A model generated the notes under the pieces. The model saw only the letters and a list, made by a program, of their open reading frames with translations, was not told the DNA's origin and did not search any database. 64,000 nt of DNA from Actinomycetota bacterium (GTDB lineage: Bacteria; Actinomycetota; UBA4738; CALAEC01): NCBI GenBank assembly GCA_052039025.1, contig JBQGDK010000144.1, positions 1,069 through 65,068 of the forward strand, given 5' to 3'. A program made the translations under genes and the position numbers. This document shows, in pieces, positions 1 to 9,130 of this stretch (within the stretch, counting starts at the first letter, position 1; the number at the start of each line of letters is the position of its first letter).

Positions 1-149
1 GCGTTTCGGCAGCCGCCACCGAGTACGGCCGGAAGCACGGCATCACTGTGATCGATGGAGGCTGTCCCCTGATGTTCGGGCCCACCGCCGATTTCGGGCA
101 CAGGATCATGCGCGTCGTGCTCGCCAGCCACGTGCCAAAGCAGGTGTGA
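1..149 (+). CDS. CoA-binding domain protein, C-terminal fragment (5' partial at window edge)
   Basis: Frame running from the window start to TGA at 147-149; translation ...ITVIDGGCPLMFGPTADFGHRIMRVVLASHVPKQV resembles the C-terminus of YccU/CoA-binding proteins. Confidence 0.5.
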   Translation, partial: VSAAATEYGRKHGITVIDGGCPLMFGPTADFGHRIMRVVLASHVPKQV

Positions 150-228
150 ACCGGAGGGTAGGAGAGGACGATCGATGCCTTGGAAGGAATCAGCTCCCCC
201 TGGACAGGTAGGGAGAAAGGAGGCAAGG

Positions 229-543
229 ATGATCATCACCACCACGCCCGGCATCGAGGGCCGGGGCGTTTCCGACTACCTCGGCGTCGTCGCGGCGCAG
301 AGCGTCCTCGGCGTCAACGTCTTCAAGGACGTGGCCGCCGGCATGCGCAACATCTTCGGTGGTCGCTCGCAGTCCTACGAGAACGAGCTCGCGTCGGGTG
401 TGAGCGATTCGCTCGTGGAGCTCGAGAAGCAGGCCGAGCAGCTCGGCGCCGACGCCGTGATCGGAGTCGACATCGACTATGAATCCGTGGGATCCCAGAT
501 GCTGATGATCAGCGCGTCAGGCACGGCTGTGAAACTCGCGTGA
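229..543 (+). CDS. YbjQ/UPF0145 family protein (heavy-metal-binding-like)
   Basis: ATG at 229 preceded by aaggagg; MIITTTPGIEGRGVSDYLGVV...VIGVDIDYE is typical of the YbjQ family; the ORF track's upstream extension is unlikely. Confidence 0.75.
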   Translation: MIITTTPGIEGRGVSDYLGVVAAQSVLGVNVFKDVAAGMRNIFGGRSQSYENELASGVSDSLVELEKQAEQLGADAVIGVDIDYESVGSQMLMISASGTAVKLA

Positions 544-547
544 CGAG

Positions 548-1336
548 TCAGTCATCCAGGCTGCCCATCGCCAGGTTCACGGTCGTTCCGGTCATGCCGC
601 TCGCCTCGTCGGAGGCCATGAAGGCCGCCACGCTGGCCAGCTCAACGAGCGTCGAAAGCCGGCGCGTGTGGGTCCGGCTCGCCAGCGAGTCGTGGAACTG
701 ATCCCAGGTCATCCCCGATGCCTCGGCGTAGGACTCGAAGCTGTCCCTGATCCGAGGTGTCTCCGGGATGCCCTGCGGTCGCAGACCGACCACGCGGATC
801 CCCTGCGGTGCGAGCTCGGCGGAGAGACCCCGCGTAAGAGCCTCCACGGCCGCCATCGCCGGACCGCCGCCTCCCACGAAGGGTACGCCGGTCCGGGCGG
901 GAGTTGCGGTGACGGTCATGATCACGCCCGATCCGGTCACGAGCATCCGCCGGGCGGCCAGGCGTGCGGTCAGGAAATACGACCTCGTATAGATCGCGAT
1001 CGGCAGGGAAAACTGCTCGACTTCGATCTCGACGAGGGGCGCACGGATCTTCGGGTTCGAGATGCCGATCGCGTTGAACGAGATGTCGAGGCGGCCCGCC
1101 CGGTCCACCACGGACTCGAGATGCTCGTTCACGACCCGCTCGTCGAGGGCGTCGACCTCCGCCGCCTCGGCGGATCCGCCGGCGGCGGCGTTGTCCTCGG
1201 CAACCTCTTTGACGGGCGCCAAGGAGCGCCCGGCGAGGAAGAGACTGGCTCCTTCGGACGCGAAGGCGCGTGCGACGGCGCCGCCGATCGCACCTCCGGC
1301 TCCGTAGACCACCGCCACCTTGTTCTTCAGCCTCAT
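548..1336 (-). CDS. SDR family oxidoreductase
   Basis: MRLKNKVAVVYGAGGAIGGAVA (TGxxxGxG Rossmann motif); start taken at ATG 1336 rather than the 339-aa track ORF; about 262 aa. Confidence 0.75.
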   Translation of the reverse strand: MRLKNKVAVVYGAGGAIGGAVARAFASEGASLFLAGRSLAPVKEVAEDNAAAGGSAEAAEVDALDERVVNEHLESVVDRAGRLDISFNAIGISNPKIRAPLVEIEVEQFSLPIAIYTRSYFLTARLAARRMLVTGSGVIMTVTATPARTGVPFVGGGGPAMAAVEALTRGLSAELAPQGIRVVGLRPQGIPETPRIRDSFESYAEASGMTWDQFHDSLASRTHTRRLSTLVELASVAAFMASDEASGMTGTTVNLAMGSLDD

Positions 1337-1474
1337 GCACGGGTGGACACCGTCGAGCCACGAAACTGGGCGGTCGCGCGCCGCCCATTCCTCGGCCCGC
1401 CGGGTGTCTACCTGAGAACCAGGTCCCACATCCCCTCGGAGAGCGGGTTCGAGCGGTGATGGGAGGATGGAGTC

Positions 1475-2467
1475 GTGAGCGCGGAGCTTCTCGCCCGGGC
1501 CAAAGCCGGCGACCAGGACGCGTTCCGCGAGCTGGTCGAGCCCTACCGGGCGGAGCTGCACGTGCACTGCTACCGGATCCTCGGGTCGGTCCAGGACGCA
1601 GAGGACGCCCTGCAGGAGACGTTGCTTTCGGCCTGGCGGGGCCTGAAAGGATACGAGGAGCGAGCCTCGGTCAGGACCTGGCTCTACTCGGTCGCCACCA
1701 ACCGGGCCCTGAACATGCTCCGGGCCGAGAGGCGCCGACCCCAGGTGCAGATGCCGCCTGACGTGTCGCTCCCCGAGCCGACGCGTCGCGCCGACCCCCT
1801 CTGGCTCGAGCCGTATCCGGATGTCCTGATCGAGAGCGAGCTCGCGACCCCGCCCGGCCCCGAGGCGCGCTACGAGACCAAGGAAGCCGTGTCCCTGGCC
1901 TTCGTCATGGCGCTGCAGCTCCTCCCCGCGCGTCAGCGAGCCGTGCTGATCCTCCGGGACGTGCTCGGGTTCCGGGCTGCCGAGGTGGCCGGGATGCTCG
2001 AGACGACCGTGGACTCGGTGACGAGCGCGCTCAAGCGCGCCCGCGCCACGCTGGAGAACCGGCCGCAGGTCGAGGCGCCGCCGAAGCCCGACTCACCGGC
2101 TGAGCGCCAGCTGGTGGAGGCGCTCGCGGCCACCTTCGAAGCGAACGACGTCGACGGCATCGTCGCGCTGCTCGCCGACGACGTGCGGCTGAGCATGCCG
2201 CCGCTCCCGCTGGAGTTCATCGGTCGCGAGGAGGCCAGACGCTTCTACGCGATCTTCGCCGCCCGTCCGGGCCGCCGCCGCCTCGTCCAGACCCGAGCCA
2301 ACGGGCAGCCCGCGCTCGCGTTCTACTCCCGCGACGCCACCGGGGGCGTGTTCCGCGGGACCAGCCTGATGGTGGTCACGCTCGCGGGCGAACGCATCGC
2401 CGCGCTCACCCGCTTCGACCCCAGCGTGCTCCAGCACTTCGGGCTCCCGCGGATCCTGCCCGAGTGA
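1475..2467 (+). CDS. ECF sigma-70 factor with C-terminal SnoaL-like domain (SigJ-type)
   Basis: GTG start; region-2 motif AFRELVEPYRAELHVHCYRILGSVQDAEDALQETLLSAWRG, region 4, and a long C-terminal extension typical of SigJ-like ECF factors. Confidence 0.8.
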   Translation: MSAELLARAKAGDQDAFRELVEPYRAELHVHCYRILGSVQDAEDALQETLLSAWRGLKGYEERASVRTWLYSVATNRALNMLRAERRRPQVQMPPDVSLPEPTRRADPLWLEPYPDVLIESELATPPGPEARYETKEAVSLAFVMALQLLPARQRAVLILRDVLGFRAAEVAGMLETTVDSVTSALKRARATLENRPQVEAPPKPDSPAERQLVEALAATFEANDVDGIVALLADDVRLSMPPLPLEFIGREEARRFYAIFAARPGRRRLVQTRANGQPALAFYSRDATGGVFRGTSLMVVTLAGERIAALTRFDPSVLQHFGLPRILPE

Positions 2468-2747
2468 TCCCAGGCCTACCGCGCCCCTGCTCTGGCGGCG
2501 TGGGACGGACGGGGCCCACCAGTCCGCTGCTCATCTGATTCGCCGAGGGGCAGACGGCCCCGTGACCTGCCATTTCTCGAGCGAAATGAGCGAGGGCTCG
2601 ACCTTGGAGCAGCGGATCCTTGAACGGAGTTCCGGCCCAACCGGCCCATTCATCCTCTCGACGGGCACGGGGACCCACGCGGGACGCGCCCCAGCAGCGG
2701 GCTCCCCCGGAGCCAAGAACATGGGCCGTGACCTTGGGGTTTCTCGG

Positions 2748-2787
2748 TGGGGCGGGGAGGACTCGAACCTCCGACCGACGGATTATG
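2748..2787 (-). repeat. tRNA 3'-end-like element copy A (T-arm GGAGG-TTCGAGT-CCTCC plus acceptor 3' strand CCGCCCC-A); possible att core or degenerate tRNA
   Basis: The reverse complement gives a perfect T-arm and acceptor 3' strand, but no complementary 5' acceptor strand and no foldable anticodon arm upstream; homologous blocks at 16469, 30407 and 58597. Confidence 0.6.
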
Positions 2788-3032
2788 TCGCTTGAGTTCC
2801 ACGCCGGGGAGCCCCATCGCATGGTCTCACGACGGTTCGAAGCTACTCGTGGTCCGTGATGTGCCGCCCCCGGACCCCCGCGTCACTTTCTCGACGGACC
2901 TCTTCGTTCAGCCCTTGCCTCCATCAGCGAACCGCCCTAGATTCTGCTCGCCATGACTCGCAGGGAGGCTGCTGCGAGATCCCCCCCAGGGAGCCTCCAC
3001 GCTCACAGGGCCGGAACCAGAGGGAGGCAACG

Positions 3033-3680
3033 ATGAATCATCAGATCGAGAGTCCCAAGTCATCCCTGCTGACTGGGTGCGCAAACGCGTCAATGACCTC
3101 CGCCCCGCAGGGCAGGGCGATCCTCTTTGCGCTCGTCTTGGCGATCGTCCTTGCACCTATCGGCGCACAAGCAGCGGACAAGCTGATCAGCATCGTCGAC
3201 GATGACTCTGCGAGTGTTGCCCAGGTTGACAGCGGAAGCCTTCGGATCGGGGATGGGTCCGGACCCGTCACGGTGGACGGTTCAGTGAGGTCGGCCCCTG
3301 GCCCAGTAGGAGACGCGGTTCAGGCGCGACGCGGGCTCTCCGGCACGACCGTCGCCCAGGCCATGGCAGGGCCGTTCGCCGCGGATGCGTCGCTCGCCAT
3401 CACCAGCGTGATCGTTTCGAACGATGACACAGCGAGCCGTGAGGTCGGCTTTGCCATCGTAACTACACCCTCAACGTGCTCGGCCTATACGGCCGTGGCC
3501 GGGCCGCAACACTTCTACATCGTGCCAGCTCAGGACACTGTCCAATTGACTTTTCCTCAAGCCTTGATCGTTCCTGAACTACCGATCCCCGCCGGCGCGT
3601 CCTGGTGCCTCCAGGCCGTTCGACAGGATCCAGGAACCGGTTTTGTCGACGTGGAGGTGGTTGGCTACACTCTGACCTAG
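3033..3680 (+). CDS. secreted hypothetical protein (signal peptide)
   Basis: ATG 3033 after agggagg; MNHQIESPKSSLLTGCANASMTSAPQGRAILFALVLAIVLAPIGAQAAD is signal-peptide-like; no recognisable domain. Confidence 0.55.
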   Translation: MNHQIESPKSSLLTGCANASMTSAPQGRAILFALVLAIVLAPIGAQAADKLISIVDDDSASVAQVDSGSLRIGDGSGPVTVDGSVRSAPGPVGDAVQARRGLSGTTVAQAMAGPFAADASLAITSVIVSNDDTASREVGFAIVTTPSTCSAYTAVAGPQHFYIVPAQDTVQLTFPQALIVPELPIPAGASWCLQAVRQDPGTGFVDVEVVGYTLT

Positions 3681-4115
3681 GCTGTCCTCTGCCCGAGTTG
3701 CGGCGAAACATCCTGCCCTAGGCTCGTCCATCAGCGACCATGATCGCCACGGCCAATGCCGAGGTGACCACCTCCTTCACCAGTAGAGCCGCCGATCCAG
3801 TGAACCTCACGAGCCCGCGAACATGGATGAGGTGTCCACGTTGGCGAACAGGAGTAGGAGACCAGACCCCGCGCTTGGAGCCGCTCGACCCTCTCAGCTT
3901 TGGCGATGATCTGCTCCAAGCTGTCTTCTTCGCCGGCACCGTTTCACTTGCATTCCAGCTCTCATCGAGGCCGGATACCAGGATCGAAGTGGACCGAATA
4001 GAGGGGGACCGGACAGGCGACTTTCACCTTTCTTCCGGGGATGTGGACATGACCGGGAGGACATGGAGCTCCGTTGCACGCACGTGACGGGAGTCGCAAC
4101 AATGGTCGCGAGCTG

Positions 4116-4556
4116 ATGCGGTTCGTGAACGAGGTGGAGATCGACCGCCCTGTCGACGAGGTGTTCGCCTTCCTGGCCGACTTCGAGAATGTCCCCCGCT
4201 GGAACTACGCGATCGAGGAGACGATTAAGGTCTCCCAAGGGCCAGTGGTCGTGGGAACGGTGTACCGGCAGGTCCGGAGCATCCCGCGCCGAGCCGAGGA
4301 GAGCTTCGAGGTCACCTCGTTCGAGCGGGACCGGCGGCTCGCTATCAAGGGCACGCTCGGCCCGTTCGCCTCAGAGCTCCAGTACCGGCTCGAGCCCGTC
4401 AGGGAAGGCACCTCGGTGACGAACGAGGTTGAGTTGAAGCCCCGAGGGATCCTCGGCATCGTTGGTACGCTTGCCACCTCAAGGGTCAAGGAGGCGGTGG
4501 CCGGGAACCTTAGTCAGCTGAAGCGGCTGCTGGAGGGGCGCGGAAAGCCCGGGTGA
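4116..4556 (+). CDS. SRPBCC (START/polyketide cyclase-like) family protein
   Basis: MRFVNEVEIDRPVDEVFAFLADFENVPRWN is a classic SRPBCC N-terminus; ATG at 4116. Confidence 0.7.
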   Translation: MRFVNEVEIDRPVDEVFAFLADFENVPRWNYAIEETIKVSQGPVVVGTVYRQVRSIPRRAEESFEVTSFERDRRLAIKGTLGPFASELQYRLEPVREGTSVTNEVELKPRGILGIVGTLATSRVKEAVAGNLSQLKRLLEGRGKPG

Positions 4557-4642
4557 TCGAGGTTCCGGCTTGCAGGCGCGACCAGCGGATAGGTGTAGTT
4601 GAGCCCCGCCATGCGGAGCGACCTCAAGTCCTTGCTACTTGG

Positions 4643-5689
4643 TCACTCCCCCTCGCCGTCGACCCTCCGGCCTAGCTCAGCCGCCTCTCGCTCCACCCGG
4701 CGGCGCAGAACGAGGCGATCGGCGTCCTCCAGCCAGGTCGCGTCGATCCCCGCCAGGGCCACCTCGACCATCTCTGCGAAGCCGTAGCGGTGGGCCCGTG
4801 CCAGCGAGGCATACTCAGTCCCGAGGTCTTCGTCGATCATGGCCGGGTCGTCGGTGTTCAGGGTGAGGTGGAGCCCGAGAGCCCTCATCCTGGGCCAGGG
4901 GTGCTCCGCCAAAGAGGGGAAGAGGTTTGCGATCCGGACGTTGGAGATTGGGCACACCGTGAGGGGGACCCCCCGGTCTGCGAGTTCCGCGGCGGCCACC
5001 GGGTCCTCCCAGATGGAGATGCCGTGGTCGACCCGCTCTACACCGAGCTCCCGGACATCGAAGAGGATCGCAGACGGGGGGCTGTTCTCGCCCTGGTGGG
5101 CGGTGAGCCGGAAACCGGCCGAGGCAGCGAGATGATACGCGGGAAGGAACTGGGCTGGGTCGATCCCGAACTCGGTCGAGTCCATGCCCACCCCGATCAC
5201 CCGCTCGGCCTTCCCCGTTCGGCGAAGCGTGATGAGCTCCTCCACCAGGTGCTGCCCGGCCTCTCCTCCGAACGCCCGGTCCATGTCGGCAATCAGCACG
5301 ACCCGGGCCCCGGTCTCCGACTCCCCGGCCTTGAGCCCCTCCTCCAGCCCCGCCACGATGTCCCCGAGACGCTGGCCTGCAGCGAGATGCCGGGCCGGAG
5401 TGAAGAAGGTCTCCCTGTAGATGAGCCCGTGGGCCGCCCCGTCCTCGACCGACTCATAGGCGAGCCTGGCCCAGTCGTCCCGCTCCGCCAGGCACTCCTG
5501 AATGAACCAGAACACCCGAAGAAAACCGTCCAGGCTTGTGTAGCGGTACAGCTCCTTCGGGTCCTCGGCAGGGAGGGGCCGCTCGTTCTTCTGAGCCAGC
5601 TCCGCCACGGTCTGCGGGCGCATCGTCCCCTCCACGTGGCAGTGAAGCTCGACCTTGGGCAGCCGGTTGAGCGCTTCCTCTAGCTCCAT
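4643..5689 (-). CDS. add: adenosine deaminase
   Basis: KVELHCHVEG metal-binding motif, ...HQGE..., SLNTDDP-like region; start ATG 5689 after a ggagag RBS. Confidence 0.85.
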   Translation of the reverse strand: MELEEALNRLPKVELHCHVEGTMRPQTVAELAQKNERPLPAEDPKELYRYTSLDGFLRVFWFIQECLAERDDWARLAYESVEDGAAHGLIYRETFFTPARHLAAGQRLGDIVAGLEEGLKAGESETGARVVLIADMDRAFGGEAGQHLVEELITLRRTGKAERVIGVGMDSTEFGIDPAQFLPAYHLAASAGFRLTAHQGENSPPSAILFDVRELGVERVDHGISIWEDPVAAAELADRGVPLTVCPISNVRIANLFPSLAEHPWPRMRALGLHLTLNTDDPAMIDEDLGTEYASLARAHRYGFAEMVEVALAGIDATWLEDADRLVLRRRVEREAAELGRRVDGEGE

Positions 5690-5952
5690 CGCTCTCCTCA
5701 CCTATCGGCTGCCGGCGGTCGAACTAGTCCGATCGTAGCGGTTGTGGTTCCACATCAGACTTCGTTCTCGCATTCCCAGTGATGGCTCCAAGGAGCCGCT
5801 CCCACTGGCAGCTGCGCAGGCGGCGCCTTCCCCAACCCCTCCGAGCAGAGTTGTGTTGCCCAAACGGGACCAGTATTTCGGTACCCGCAGGTCCGCAAGA
5901 CCCACCTGCCGCCCAAAGGGTGAGATTGTCGGCATCACGAGGATCCACGAAC

Positions 5953-6195
5953 CTAACCAGCTCGGCAACGGCGGCTTCGAACCGAGTGGTCTCCCCGAAC
6001 TCCTGAAACCATATCTTGGGAGGTATCCAAAACGAGCACATAATTCAGACGAATAGGTTCCGGAGGCTTCGTCAGGTAGGTGATCACGGCAAGGATATCG
6101 GCAACGATGAGGGAGGCGGCAACGCTTATGATCACGGGACGCCCGATGCGATCCCAGGTCGACTTGGCCCCGTTCGCGTCTGAACTCTCAGCCAT
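5953..6195 (-). CDS. small membrane protein (hypothetical)
   Basis: MAESSDANGAKSTWDRIGRPVIISVAASLIVADILAVITYL has one TM helix; its start overlaps the stop of the ORF upstream; low confidence. Confidence 0.3.
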   Translation of the reverse strand: MAESSDANGAKSTWDRIGRPVIISVAASLIVADILAVITYLTKPPEPIRLNYVLVLDTSQDMVSGVRGDHSVRSRRCRAG

Positions 6196-6436
6196 ATGGT
6201 CGCCCGCTGTCCTTCGGTGGATTCGCAGGGTCACACAGGTTCTCGTGCCAATGTTCGCTGAGTCGGCTCGGGTGACCACCACACTCGGCCAGGTCGCCCG
6301 ACCGGAGGGTGATGATTGACCGATACCATCGGACACCACCCTGGCCGGCTCCTGTGTCGAACTCGAAGTCGGCCACGCGGTCCAGGCCGCGCCGCACTTG
6401 GTTGGCTAGGTCATGGGGAACAGGTGACGCCATCAC
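6188..6436 (-). CDS. hypothetical small protein, translationally coupled to nagZ
   Basis: Start overlaps the nagZ stop (6433-6436); 82 aa with no recognisable family. Confidence 0.35.
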   Translation of the reverse strand: MMASPVPHDLANQVRRGLDRVADFEFDTGAGQGGVRWYRSIITLRSGDLAECGGHPSRLSEHWHENLCDPANPPKDSGRPYG

Positions 6437-7461
6437 CGAACTTCTCCGGCGGTCTGGGGCCGCTGAGAGTTGGCCGCGACCTCAAGGATACGCTCCACAG
6501 AGTCGCGCACTGCTGACGCGTTCAGACGACCAAGGGCCACCGCCGCCTCGAGCCGGTCGAGCACCGCCGGCACGAAGCCATGGGCTTTGATGACCACTTG
6601 GTCCACCCCCGCCGCAATGGCCATCTCTGCTGCTTCGGCAACAGTCCACGAGCTGGTAATCGCCTTCATCTCAAGGTCGTCGGTGCAGATGATCCCCTGG
6701 AACCCCAGTTCCTCTCGCAACATGACAACGGCGGACCTTGAGAGGCTCATTGGCAGGTCTGGGTCAAGGGATGGCACCAGCAGGTGACCGATCATGATTC
6801 GGGGGATGCCGGCCTCAATAGCGGCCCGGAAGGGCGCGACGTCGCGGGCCAGAAGATCATCCTCGCTGGCCTGAATCGTTGGGAGGTCCCTGTGTGAGTC
6901 GATGACCGTCCGCCCGTGTCCCGGGAAGTGCTTGCCGACGGACTGCACTCCAGCGGTGAGAAGCCCTTCCATGAAGGCAACCCCCGCCCTCGCGACCACA
7001 ATCGGGTCCTCGCCGAATGAACGGTCCCCGATCACCGTCTCGGCCGGTGTTCCCGAGACGTCCAAGACCGGCGCGAAATCAACCGTCACGCCCAAGTGAG
7101 CAAGATCCGCGCCGAGCCGCGTCGCCGCTGACCGAATCGCGCCCTCATCGAGCCGTCCCAGTTCCCGGGCCGGCGGCAGCCCGTCTACGATGCCGTCCAG
7201 CCGAGCGATTCGGCCGGGTTCCTGGTCAACGGCGACCTCAAGGGGGCCTGGCGCACCTGATCGGAGCGTGCGAATGAGACGCCTGAGCTGGACGGAGGTA
7301 TCAATGTTCCGACGGAAGAGGACAAGGCCGCCGATTCCCGCCTGAATAAGTTGCTGGCTCCTTGGGTGTGGTGCTTGGCCGGGGAAGCCAACGAGGAGTA
7401 GTCGAGCGAGGACACTCCGCGAAACGGAACGGTCTAGTCGCGCGCCCATCGTTGACCGCAT
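6433..7461 (-). CDS. nagZ: beta-N-acetylhexosaminidase (glycoside hydrolase family 3, NagZ-like)
   Basis: GH3 N-terminal domain motifs (KHFPGHG, catalytic Asp region TDDLEM); about 340 aa. Confidence 0.8.
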   Translation of the reverse strand: MRSTMGARLDRSVSRSVLARLLLVGFPGQAPHPRSQQLIQAGIGGLVLFRRNIDTSVQLRRLIRTLRSGAPGPLEVAVDQEPGRIARLDGIVDGLPPARELGRLDEGAIRSAATRLGADLAHLGVTVDFAPVLDVSGTPAETVIGDRSFGEDPIVVARAGVAFMEGLLTAGVQSVGKHFPGHGRTVIDSHRDLPTIQASEDDLLARDVAPFRAAIEAGIPRIMIGHLLVPSLDPDLPMSLSRSAVVMLREELGFQGIICTDDLEMKAITSSWTVAEAAEMAIAAGVDQVVIKAHGFVPAVLDRLEAAVALGRLNASAVRDSVERILEVAANSQRPQTAGEVR

Positions 7462-7708
7462 GCTCCTACGGAGACACTCAGCATGATGAGCGCGAAACGG
7501 TCGCGGTCCGCCCCCACAACGTCAGGATCAGGACCGCTGCGATCCCGATGGCGAGAGCCCACCGAGGACTATTCGCACCACCAGTCAGCCCGATGGCTTC
7601 GGCGGCCAATGCCTGGGGTACGCAGCGGCGCTCACCCGCACCTCCAGTGCTGGCCATTGTCGAGCCGTTGGGCCTGACCTCACCCTCAAACGGGTATCTC
7701 GTGTGAAC

Positions 7709-8518
7709 TCATGAAACTCCTCTCCGGATGTCGCGAAGGCGGGCGAACAGCTTGTCGCCCGGGCACTGCGTCGAGCCGCCCTCTGCTCCCACGTCACGAT
7801 GGCCCAGGATGTGCGCCGTCTCGGTGACGTGGTCATGGTCCTTGCCCTGGAGGATGAGAGCGATGTAGGCCGCGATGAGATCGTCGGAAGGCCTCATCTC
7901 CATGAAGTTGCCCACCGCTGCCGCACCATGGCCATCGCTGTTGTGGTCGAACGTGTGCCCGCCAACGACTCCCCATCCTCGCCCCTCGAATACCGTCCCG
8001 TTGTTGAACAGAACGAAGGAGTAGTCGATATCGTTGTGACCCTTCCCAAAGGCACCGGATTGGAGCCCGCGGACAGCCTGTTTCTGTTCGTCTAAGTCGT
8101 CGGAGGATGCAGTCACCGTATGGTGGATGTAGAAGTTGGGGGCGGGATCCCGCATACGGATGGTGGACCGAGGCGGCTCCGCACCCCACTCCTGGCGCTT
8201 GATGAACCGAAGGCTGGGCTCGGGCTCCACCTCCTTGATGATGTAGGTCACGTCGGCCCGGACGGAATCCAAGCGAAACGTGTCTCGAGCCTGGTTCTCG
8301 GCATTGCGGGCCAATCGATCCTCGAGACGCCCCAGAGCATCGGAAAGCTTGCTGGGTTCGCCGAATTCGTCGTCGCCAGCCTTCTTGATCCTCCAGTCCG
8401 CTCCGCCCTCATCGTGCTGCTTGACTCGCTCGGTCAATGCCTCTATGGCGACGGCGCGGTCAGCGTGGATCTCCGGAAACATCTTCTCGGCATCGGTCCG
8501 TCCCAGCTGGTACTTCAT
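7709..8518 (-). CDS. N-acetylmuramoyl-L-alanine amidase (amidase_2/PGRP fold) with N-terminal extra domain
   Basis: C-terminal half carries amidase_2 Zn-ligand pattern (HTVTAS...H...GHRDVG...C); ATG 8518 after a gggagg RBS. Confidence 0.7.
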   Translation of the reverse strand: MKYQLGRTDAEKMFPEIHADRAVAIEALTERVKQHDEGGADWRIKKAGDDEFGEPSKLSDALGRLEDRLARNAENQARDTFRLDSVRADVTYIIKEVEPEPSLRFIKRQEWGAEPPRSTIRMRDPAPNFYIHHTVTASSDDLDEQKQAVRGLQSGAFGKGHNDIDYSFVLFNNGTVFEGRGWGVVGGHTFDHNSDGHGAAAVGNFMEMRPSDDLIAAYIALILQGKDHDHVTETAHILGHRDVGAEGGSTQCPGDKLFARLRDIRRGVS

Positions 8519-8772
8519 GTCGCTCCCCCTCCCTTCCTCCTCCTCCTCGGTGCCCGCCTCGACCGGCGGCGGTACTCGACCCATGTAGTGACAAGTGCCG
8601 CGATCCACGAGACCAGGATCATCGTCGCGCTGGGTACCTGATCAGGGATCTGCACAAAGGCTCCGACGATCACGAACAGGGCTCCGGTGGCGCTCCCAAT
8701 ACCCGCCGAGAACACCTCGGCCGGCCGACGCTCGAGCAGGCTGGTTCCGACGATGCTCGGATTCCCATCCAT
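8515..8772 (-). CDS. small 2-TM membrane protein, holin-like, overlapping the amidase start
   Basis: MDGNPSIVGTSLLERRPAEVFSAGIGSATGALFVIVGAFVQIPDQVPSATMILVSWIAALVTTWVEY has two hydrophobic helices and a charged C-terminus; ATGA-type overlap with the amidase; aaggggg RBS. Confidence 0.45.
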   Translation of the reverse strand: MDGNPSIVGTSLLERRPAEVFSAGIGSATGALFVIVGAFVQIPDQVPSATMILVSWIAALVTTWVEYRRRSRRAPRRRRKGGGAT

Positions 8773-9130
8773 CCGTTACCCCCTTGGGCTTCGGGCCCTC
8801 CGTGGCGCCGACCGTCTCGCGGGAATAGTCACCCTTATTGATAGCTTGGTTCATATGGGGGGTTGCGGGGGATCCGGCCCGAAGGGTGTGGGGAACTTCT
8901 CCTGACGTGACCTGCGGCGGCCTTCCTTCTGCGGCATTCCACCCTCCTCGCGGACCGGAGGCTCTGGCGAGCGAACAATGCCAGCGCGCAGGTGTTGGCC
9001 TAGCGGTTTGGACGCCCCGGTGCAAGAGGGAATCCGGCCTACAAAGGCAGCTCGGCCTGAGACCCCAAGCGTCCGGCGTGGCGGTACCCCCCAGAGGTTG
9101 CGGCCAACTTATCGGCAGAGGTAGCCTCAA

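Noticed and set aside
2748-2822. Intact tRNA gene (possibly tRNA-Met, from the CTCATAA-like loop in copies B and C)
   Set aside because: The acceptor 5' strand does not pair (5/7 at best). The anticodon-arm candidates have mismatched stems or wrong loop positions (C at position 37; A at position 33). The T-loop is mutated in copy C and copy D has a T-arm deletion.
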